DNA of 64,000 nucleotides. Source: Salpingoeca rosetta. Its lineage: Eukaryota > Protista > Choanoflagellata. Position numbers and translations under genes: made by a program. The stretch lies in assembly GCA_033442325.1 (NCBI GenBank), contig JAWQFM010000002.1, forward strand, positions 1,401,387-1,465,386, written 5' to 3'. The notes beneath the pieces are model-generated. The model saw only the letters and a list, made by a program, of their open reading frames with translations, made no database searches and was not told the DNA's origin. Positions 48,982-64,000 of the stretch are shown piece by piece (the first letter of the stretch is position 1; each line of letters starts with the position of its first letter).

Positions 48982-50329
48982 GGTGTGTGTGTGTTGCAAG
49001 CAGAAGCTGCGTAAAATCACTGTGCACCGCCACAAGTCAAAGGTACGTCTTCCTTGTCCCCATATGCCCTCTCCCTCTCACACCTGCATGTCGCGGGTGG
49101 ACTTGACGCGGGTCACGTGCCGCTTCAAGGCGGCGTGGATGTCCGAGCCATCCTGCAGCGCCAGCACCAGCACCACCAACACACATCAGACAACACGCGC
49201 AAGCATGCACAGCACAGCACAGCACAGCGCCGTAATGAGTAAGGCAGCAAAAAGCGAGCAAAAGAGTACACTGAAAGCACAACGTCACATCACATCACAG
49301 CGCAGCACGCAACGCACCACGACAGTGTATCGGAACAGCTTCTCTGGCTCCGAGGCCGCCCGCCCCGTCTTGAACGAGAACACCCCGTCTTGCTGCGCGC
49401 GCATACGTATGCGTGTGCGTGTGTTGTGTTGGGGGTGAAATCAAGCGACGCACACACACACACACACACATACACACACATACAATTGTCATTGCCATGA
49501 TCAAGCGACCACATGTGCGAGAGGAAGGAAGGCGCGCATGGCGCGCAAGCACGCACGTACACGCATGCGCGCACACACACACACAGAGCAGCTGAGTGCA
49601 CCTGTCCGTATGATCGCAAATGCTTCAGACTGAACGATTTGATGGCAGACGAAGCCCTGAGAAGAAAGCGCACCACAAGTACGAATCAGTGTGTGGCTGA
49701 AAATTGGAAAGCAGATGTTTCATGCAAGCGAGATTATATCTGACAGACGAGGGTCACTATCGTTCACTACATTCACACACATTCACACACACACACACAC
49801 ACACACAAGCAGACACACACACACACACAAGCAGACACACACACACACACGCATACACAACTACACACACACACAACTACACACACTCTCTCCCTCCCAT
49901 ACTTACTTTGGTTGGAAGTGAATCGTGTCGTTGGCCACCACCAAGAAGCCTTCCAGGTTGTAGTCGCTCTCCCGCACGCGAAACACCAACGCCCCTACAT
50001 CATGTCACAGCATACCACCACAAACACCAACACAGGCACAGCCCATGCACAGTTGAGCGCTGAAGAGCAAATGACTTTGACACGCCACAGCAACATGTTC
50101 CTGGTCGCGTGGCTTGATCTCTGCCCGATCTTCAACACAAACAACACAAACAACACAAACAACACAAACAACACAAACAACACACACATTCACACAAGCA
50201 ACACAAACAACCAAACACACACACACATTCACATACAACAAGCACGCACCCAAACACACCTTTTTGAGAGGCTGGCCCCGTCTTGGGCAGCTTGCCGCCA
50301 GCGCCCTTCTTCGATCCCCCTTGTCCCAT
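48257..50329 (-). CDS. N-myristoylated IRS-type PTB-domain adaptor (FRS2/DOK-like) with multi-tyrosine tail
   Basis: Six phase-compatible exons: 50260-50329, 49907-49994, 49602-49656, 49318-49393, 49085-49153, 48257-48796. They give MGQGGSKK..., FRVRESDYNLEGFLVV, FSLKHLRSYGQQDGVFSFKTGR (IRS-PTB 'lRrYG....FsFeaGR' signature), RPLPATP, then 12 Tyr motifs. Confidence 0.8.
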
Positions 50330-50376
50330 GATGATTATGTTGATGGCAATAACGACGATAATGTTGCTGTTGATGG

Positions 50377-50377
<1 letters not shown>

Positions 50378-50453
<76 letters not shown>
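50378..50453. repeat. (GATGAC)n hexamer tract just upstream of the PTB-adaptor ATG
   Basis: Read directly; about 12 copies. Confidence 0.9.
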
Positions 50454-50454
<1 letters not shown>

Positions 50455-51186
50455 TGAAGGAGCAATCGCAGCAACAACAACAACAACAAAGCACGGCATC
50501 AACAACCACAAAACGTCAGTCATTTTCCACATGCACGAACACCGTAGCAAACACGCGCATAGCGAGAGCGCCTGTGTTGTTCTTCTTTGTTGTGCTTGTC
50601 CCTGTGCTTGTGTGGTTGTGCGGCTGTCTACACCAACTTGCTCACACAGAACAACACACCACCACTGACCACGACCGCTCACAACACAACACCTCCTCAC
50701 CCTCACACCACACGCCACACCCACACACACAAAACACACTCGCTCGCAGGACCACAACACCCCTCAACCCACATCGCACTGTGCAAATTGCACTGCCCGC
50801 AATTGGCAACACATCTGCCTTTCAAGCGACACCACGAATGCAGCGTTTCCTGACTTCAGGGATCACGCGCCACACAAAATTATCCCCAGCCGTTGCTTTC
50901 TTGCCAAAAACCACAAAAGAGAACCACCGCACACCCAACGGGCCGCCTGACACGCAACAGCAGCCAGGCAGCAGCAAGCGTTGGAACGCATCGTGGTGGA
51001 TATCACACGCACACAAACCCCAAGCAAGCAAGCAAGAGGCAAACTGTGCATTGAGGGTGACTATCCACAACAAACCACCAAGAAGCAAGCAAGCGGAAGC
51101 AAGCAAGCAAGGGACGCACGCATCACAGGAAGGACCACCCACCCTGGTTTGCGTTGTTGTTGTGACTGTGACACACAAACGAAATT

Positions 51187-54100
51187 ATGGCGGACACCAC
51201 CATCCCCAGCACAACCGGCACTGCAACCACAACATCCACTCACCCTCACCAGCACGACCACCAACACCAGCCACCCGCCAAGCTCCCAGCAGTCCCTGCA
51301 GACACCAACAGCGATAACGGCAACAGCGACACCGGCAACGATAACAACAGCAACAACAGCCACAACGATGGCGGCGACAGCCACAATCCCCACAGCGACG
51401 GCAGCATGAGCGCAGGCATGGCCACATCATCATCACCACCACCCGCGTCAGCACCCTCCGACATGCACGACAGCCACAACAACAGCAGCACCCATCAAAC
51501 ACCACAGCCGCCACCCCCAGCAACATCCTCAACACCTGCACCGGCTGCAGCAGACCCACCGCCGCCACCAGCGCCACCAATGCTCCCACAAATGCACCAA
51601 CACCAACACCAACAGCACCAACAACAACAAGATGAGCACCAACAGCAGGCTGCGCCTGGGTTCATGGCGCCCGTGTCCCTGCCGGTGCCATACATGCCAG
51701 CCAACCACGACGATGGCCAAGCCATGCTGCAGCTCCCCGCCCAGCAACACCAGCAGCACCACCACATGCCCCAACACTCGCACCCTCAAGAGCTCCAGTA
51801 TGGCAGCCACCACCAACAAGTCGATGTGACGAGCCAAGAGGACGCCTCGCGCCCAGCGCACCTCGATTCCCAGCACCACCAACACCAACACCACCAACAC
51901 CACCACCACCACCAGCAGCAGCAACTCCACCATCATCACCATCACCACCACTTGCATGTGCACCAGCACCTGCCATCACCACACCAGCACCAGCACCAGC
52001 ACCATGACATGCTTCCACCGCCGCCGCCCATGTCCATGGCCCCACTGCCACCGCAATCTGGCGACGGCATCATCTCTGTCACCAGCTCGCATCCACACGC
52101 GCACCTCGGCCACCATGTGCCACCACCACACGAACAGCAGCCGCACGTGTCCAGCGCGCCACCGCAGTTTGCTGCACCGCACCCCACGCCCTACGCCCCA
52201 CACTCCTCCGCTGGCGCAACCATGCACCACCCTGCGCCGCCCGTGTCGATGGTGAGCACGCCGTCGTCGTCATCGTCGTCGTCATCAGCCATCCAGCTTC
52301 CCACCAGCGCGGCGCTTCCGCTCGTCCCATCGTCTTCTGTGGCCGCCAGCGTCAGTGTGCCCGTGTCAACGGCAGCATCCTCAGCGGCAGCGCCCCTCGT
52401 GGCCACATCGTCTGCGGCCGCCACCGCGCCCACAGCGTCCCGCGCACTCGTGCCAACGTCTCTCATCGACGTCACCTCGACTGCGCATCCCCAACACCAC
52501 CAACAGCAGCACCACCAGCATCACCAACAGCAACACTCGCCAGCAGTATCAGGCTCTATTGCTGCTGGTGCTGTGGCACCCAAGGATGCAGAAGCGGCGC
52601 AACGCCACCGCCACCACCACCAACAGCAGCACCAGCACGAGCTGCACATGGACCACCAGCAGCAGCAGCAACAGCAACAGCAGCAACTGCCACACTTGCA
52701 GCAACAACACCACCAGCACCAGCAGGAAGGGCAGGAGCACGCGGTCATGTTTGGGTTCGAGGCAGCGACAGAGGCAGCAGTGCCATCATCATCGTCATCA
52801 TCATCATCATCCAGAGCAGCAGCGGGCGCGGGAGCAGCAAGGATGGGGCACGCGCCGGCGCCACCACCATCAGGCAGCGATGAGGGCGATGGCGTGGACC
52901 AGTTCAACAAGCCGTTTGTGTGCGGGTTCCACGGGTGCAACAAGCGCTTTCGGCTGCAGTACCTGCTCAAGGTGCACAAGCGGACGCACACGGACGAGCG
53001 GCCATACCCGTGCACGGTGCCCGGGTGCACGAAGCGGTTCAAGACGTCGAGCCACCTCACGTCGCACCTGCGCACGCACAGCGGGGAGAAGCCGTATGTG
53101 TGCGAGTTCCACGGGTGCGGCAAGTCGTTCTCGCAGAGCGGCAGCCTGAAGATCCACCAGCGGACGCACACGGGGGAGCGGCCGTTCCAGTGCCGGCACG
53201 ACGGGTGCTTCAAGCGGTTTGCCACCAAAGGGCAGCTGACACTGCACCTTCGGCAGCACGAGCCGGAGCTCAAGGGGGACGACGCGCCGTCGGAGGCGTC
53301 GGTGATTGTGGCGCAGGTGCAGCCCACGCCGAGCGACGACGGCCGCACCTTCGCCTGCAACTTCCCAAACTGCACCGCCCGCTTCAGGACGCGCTCGCAC
53401 CTGCGCGACCACGTGCGCACGCACACGGGGGAGAAGCCGTTTGCGTGTGTGTTTCCCGGGTGCAACGCGCGGTTTGCTGCGGCGAGCAACCTGTACAAGC
53501 ACCGCAAGATCCACACGCGGGCGGGGGAGAAGAAGTTTGTGTGCGACCAGCCCGGGTGCGGGCTTGAGTTTATGCACAAGAGCAGCCTCACGCGGCACCA
53601 GCGGGTGCACACGGGGGCGATGTTCCGGTGCGACGTGGAGGGCTGCAACAAGACGTTTCAGCAGCGCACGCAGCTGCACACGCACAAGATCAACGTGCAC
53701 TCTGAGGAACCGGGCCAGACGGAGCAGCGCACGTACGCGTCCAAGCAGTATGTGTGCGAGGTGTGCAACCGCAGCTTCATGTCGTCGTCGCACCTGACCA
53801 CGCACATGCGGCGGCACACGGGGGAGCGGCCGTTTGCATGCCCGGAGCCCGGCTGCGACAAGTCGTTCCCGACCAAGTCCAACCTCACGGCGCACTTGCA
53901 GACGCACGTGTCGTACGAGGACCGCAAGTACTGCTGCGACTTTCCGACTGCGGCAAGCGCTTCACCACGAACGTTGCGCTGAAGGACCACAAGCGGCAGG
54001 TGCACACGGGGGAGCGGCCGTTCCTGTGCCCGCACGAGAGCTGCGGCAAGCGGTACGCGTCCAAGACGACGCTGCGCTCGCACATCAACGGCGCCCACGC

Positions 54101-55562
54101 GAACCAGCGCAAGTACGTGTGCCCCTACGAGGACTGCGGCAAGAGCTACATTGCGCGCAGCGGGCTGACGGCGCACCTGCTGACGCACACGGGGGACCGG
54201 CCGTTTGTGTGCGACGCGCCAAACTGCGGGCGGCGCTTCAACATGGCGTGCCTGCTCAAGGTGCACAGGCGCACGCACACGGGGGAGCGCCCGTACGTGT
54301 GCGCGCACCCGGGGTGCGGCAAGCGCTTTGCGCAGAGCGGGTCGCTGACCAAGCACATGCGGCTGCACACGGGGGAGCGGCCGTATGTGTGTGCGGTTGA
54401 CGGGTGTGGGCGGCGGTTCATTGAGTCGGGGCACCTGCGCAAGCACGAGCGCACGGTGCACGGCAAGTCGCGGCAGGAGCAGCAGGCAGACAGCATGCAC
54501 CGGCACACCTTTGCCGGCAGCGCGGCAGCTGTGCAGCACTCGCCACAACCACTGGATGCACAGGGGCAACAGCAACAACAGCAACAGCAGCCGCGGCGGC
54601 GCAGGCAGCAGCACCATCACCAGCAGCAACCGGAACAACAGCAGCAGCAGCAGCAGTTACCGCAGCAGCAGCACATGCATCATGTGCAAGATGGGGGTGT
54701 GCAGCAGCAGCAGCAGCAACAGCCCGTACCGCCGACGATCAGTGCGCACTCCACACAGCAGCGGCAGCATGTGGATCACGGCATTCAAGGTCAAGCAGAG
54801 CAGCAACAACAACAACAACAAGAGCAGCAACAGCACGAACAACAACAGCAGCAGCAGCAGCAGCAGCAGCAGGTACCCATGCCGGGACCACAGCAGCTGC
54901 ATCCGTCGCTGCAAGCGCTCAACGTGCCCCACACGCTACCGCATCCACATCCACCTGCCACCCTCGACGCACACCACCAGCATCACCCTGCACACCACCC
55001 GCACCATGCACACCATGCACACCACGCGCACGGGTTTGTTGCGGATGTGCTGCCGCCACACATGCAGCACGAGCGCGATGTGCACCAGCCGCTGCCCCAC
55101 CCACACCCACACCCGCACCCGCACCCACACCAGGAGCAGCAGTTTCCCCTGCCCATGTACTCTGAGGCGCCGTCGTTCCACCCGCCTGGCTTCCCGCCAC
55201 AGGCGCACCACCCGCACCACCATCCACACCACCACCACCACCACCACCACCACGCCCACATGCACGCGGGACACGAGCAGGAGCAGGAGGACGTGCAGCA
55301 GGTGCGCCAGCCGCCGGTGCACCCGGACTTTGCGCAGAGCAGCCCGCCGCCGCCGCCACCAATGCCGCCACGGCAGCAAGGGGGCGGTGAAGGAGGAGGA
55401 GGCGGTGGTGGTGAGGCAGAGCAGCAGCAGGAAGAAGGTGGTGGCAGACATGATGAGCAGCAGCCGCCGACGTCGCTGCCGCAAGAGATTCAGCTGCCGC
55501 AGTTGCATGTGCAGCAGCAGCAGCAACAGGGAGGAGAGCATGAACAGGGCAGCAGTAATTGA
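51187..55562 (+). CDS. C2H2 zinc-finger transcription factor with 16 fingers and His/Gln/Pro-rich flanks; frame broken by 1 nt at ~53946
   Basis: Fingers 1-10 are in ORF 51187-53982 and fingers 12-16 in ORF 53754-55562, many joined by TGE(K/R)P linkers. Finger 11 (YCCDFP/DCGKRFTTNVALKDHKRQVH) is split across the two frames. Confidence 0.9.
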
Positions 55563-55990
55563 CATGGAGTGGTGGAGTGAGAACTGGGTTGAAGCGGACA
55601 AGGAAGCACACATATGATGGCACGGTAGAAGGGTGTAGGGCTGTGTCATGGCAATGTAACAACAAAGATATTCGCATAGTTTGTTTTCTCTTTTTGTGTG
55701 TAATCGGACAAACATAGCTGGCCTCGTGTACATTGTTTACTACCTTAGCTGTTGTGGTCATTGCGCATTTCATTGTTCACTGGCATTAAATTACACATTT
55801 ACATTACATCAGATATCACAACTCACAAAAGTCGCTTATCTCTTTGGTTAAGTACCATCCATACACGATGTGATCATGCACATCAAGTCAAACACATTGG
55901 AGCGGTAAGGCATTCAGATTGCGTGTGTACAAGTGTGATGATGGTGGTGGTGGTGCCAACACTTCATGTTGCTGCCCATTGTTTTGCGAG

Positions 55991-61766
<5,776 letters not shown>

Positions 61767-61866
61767 NNNNNNNNNNNNNNNNNNNNNNNNNNNNNNNNNN
61801 NNNNNNNNNNNNNNNNNNNNNNNNNNNNNNNNNNNNNNNNNNNNNNNNNNNNNNNNNNNNNNNNNN
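61767..61866. other. Assembly gap (100 N)
   Basis: N run that hides the PARI 5' end. Confidence 1.
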
Positions 61867-62217
61867 AGTGGCGCAACCACACTTTCGCCCATAAACCGGG
61901 ACCCAGGCATCCACGCTGTGCATCATTGGAGCTGGTGTTGTTTATTGGGGCAGTTGAACTAGGCCACTAATGCGGCAATGGGGGCCTTGTTGTGAAACAA
62001 AGGGCGCCGATGTTCACCGTGAGGTTTTCTTAAGAATGGACCCCCCCTGTGTGGACATGTTGTCTTTCCAGACTAATCAAATCCACCCCAACTTTGTTCT
62101 TAAGGTTTTTGGGGGGTGTTCAGAATGGGGCATTCGGGTGGGTGGGTTGTGTGTGTAGTAAAGGTGGTCTGTGAATCTCCCCTCCCTAGGTGTGTTTTTT
62201 TTTATTTGTTTAAATAT

Positions 62218-62263
<46 letters not shown>

Positions 62264-62271
62264 TGATCGTG

Positions 62272-64000
62272 GAGGTGAGCCAGCTGCGCGCAGATGGGGG
62301 GGGGGGGGCAGAAGGGCAAGGACAGTGGAGGCAGGAAAGTCACACAACACGTTGCGTGCACGCTCAAGGCTGCGACTGCACAAACAATGGCAGCCAATAC
62401 GCTCACACACAGCCACCCACACATGCATGCACACACAGAGCAGGACATGCAACCGTGCAGCACGCACCTGCTGCATGAGATCGGTAACAGTGTCAAGCTG
62501 CGGTGAGGGTTGCTCATACTCCACACAGATGCGCGTGATAATCTCGTGCTGGCACGTGTACCGCGCACACTCTGACGGGCTGAGCACGGCACCGCGCTCC
62601 TCCAGGAACAACGGGTACTATTGGAGGCGGCAGCAGCAGCGCGAGGCATGAGCAACACAGGCACAAAGACATGCAGGCATGCAGACACGTAGGTGGGCCG
62701 ATCGCACAAACAGTTCAGGCATGCTGACAAAGAACACACAAGAGTACGCAAACACACAAATAATCCTGCATACAGAACTACACACGCGTACACACGCATG
62801 CATACACACGCGCGCGTGCACCTTGTCACGAAGCTCCTTGAGTGACGGATAGACAAGATCCTTGGCAAGAAACGTCTGCAGGATGTCATCAAAGAGGTCG
62901 TCTGCACAACCAAGGAGCACACGGAGATGGGAGTGGCAGATGCAGCGCACGGGCAGTGAGATACGTGGCTTGCTTGCTCGCTCAAGTGTTGTGATGTGAT
63001 GTGGCCATCAGTACCTGCTCCTCACTCAACACCAAGCACGCCAAGCAATACGCGCCACGCATACACACCAGGCGGCTGCTGCTGCCCATCCTCCGCTGAT
63101 CGTTGCCTGCGCCGCTGCTTCGATCGCCCCAAACCAACGCCAGACGTCCCCTCCCCATGCTCCTCAGCCCCATCATCATCATCATCATCATCGTCGTCGT
63201 CGTCGTCGTCGTCGCTGCTGACCGAGAGGCCTGTTTGCCGCAGTAGATCGTCGACCATCGACTCCAGCTCGTCCAGCGAGGCCTCGTTGACGCCGCCGCT
63301 GCCGGCTTCCGGTGCGGTGGCACCCTGTGCAGATGCGCAGCAGCAGTCAGCCACAGACACATCCCGAAACAGGAGGGAGACGAGCGATGACAGACACGTG
63401 TGTGTGTATGTGTGTGTGTGCGCATATGTGGGGAGGAAGGAAGGACACGGCAAAGCCATGCTGTTGCTCGTATAACGGTCACACTGACAGCTGCAAACAC
63501 AGCGTCGCTTGTGCACGCAGCAAAACACTGCCATGTACATGCGCAGAGCATGCACAATGCACACTAAACACACACGCACGCACACACACACACACGCACA
63601 CACACACGCACACACACACGCACACACACACGCACACGCACACGCACACACACACACACATGCACGCACACATGCACGCACGCACACACACACATGCACG
63701 CACACACACACACGCACGCACGCACGCACACTAAACACACACACACAGCTGCTGCACCTGTGAAGCGCGGGTGGCCATCTGCTCAAGCATGCGTGCAAAC
63801 TCGGCGCTCAAGTCATCCGGCTGCGACTGGGCTCGCGGTTTCGCCGACGTGCTAGTCGATGCTGAGGACGATGATGACGATCCTGGGGTGTTGGCTTGCT
63901 GCGCTTGCTGTGCCTGCTGCGCCTGCTGCTGGTGTTCTTGGGGGTGCTTATTCCTGTCGTGTTGGTCATTGGTACTGCCCGTGCTCGGTACTGGCTGTGT
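62272..64000 (-). CDS. PEX19: Peroxisomal biogenesis factor 19; 5' end beyond the window, 3' end corrupted at a contig edge
   Basis: DDILQTFLAKDLVYPSLKELRDK|YPLFLEERGAVLSPSECARYTCQHEIITRICVEYE...VTDLMQQ|L matches the Pex19 C-terminal domain (LLSKDVLYPSLKE...YP.WL...Y..Q.....IC..FE). Exons: ~63758-64000, ~63070-63325, ~62822-62902, 62468-62617. Confidence 0.88.

Noticed and set aside
50335-50470. Poly-Asp coding exon from (GATGAC)n
   Set aside because: It lies immediately upstream of the minus-strand adaptor ATG with no convincing start or splice context, so it is treated as a UTR/intergenic repeat.
52521-54638. Long minus-strand Cys/Arg-rich ORFs
   Set aside because: They are antisense to the GC3-rich zinc-finger array.

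Overview
This is eukaryotic, intron-rich, GC-rich DNA packed with (CA)/(TG) microsatellites and Gln/His/Asp homopolymer tracts. The style and gene content suggest a choanoflagellate such as Salpingoeca rosetta (inference). Most of the supplied ORF track is microsatellite or antisense noise. Hand-splicing gives about 13 genes: ELYS/AHCTF1 (-), an Srs2-like UvrD helicase (-), a CEP112-like coiled-coil protein (+), an AspH-type 2OG-Fe(II) hydroxylase (-), a WWE protein with an unannotated putative ADP-ribosyltransferase-fold domain (-), a probably N-myristoylated classical tyrosine phosphatase with a tail repeat (+), an HYR-VWA-furin-repeat membrane protein (+), NDUFB10 (-), NOL12/RRP17 (-), an LRR protein with a SOCS-box-like C-terminus (+), a myristoylated IRS-PTB (FRS2/DOK-like) adaptor (-), a 16-finger C2H2 protein with a 1-nt frame break (+), PARI/PARPBP (-), and PEX19 (-). 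The strongest candidates for novelty are: (1) the WWE plus putative non-PARP ART-fold protein; (2) a yeast-type Srs2 with a C-terminal SIM and FxxA motifs in the same window as an animal-type PARI with a PIP box; (3) a phosphotyrosine adaptor with ITAM-spaced tyrosines. The window also holds four assembly gaps and a 2063-bp tandem duplication that is probably a misassembly. All homology calls come from remembered motifs; no searches were run.
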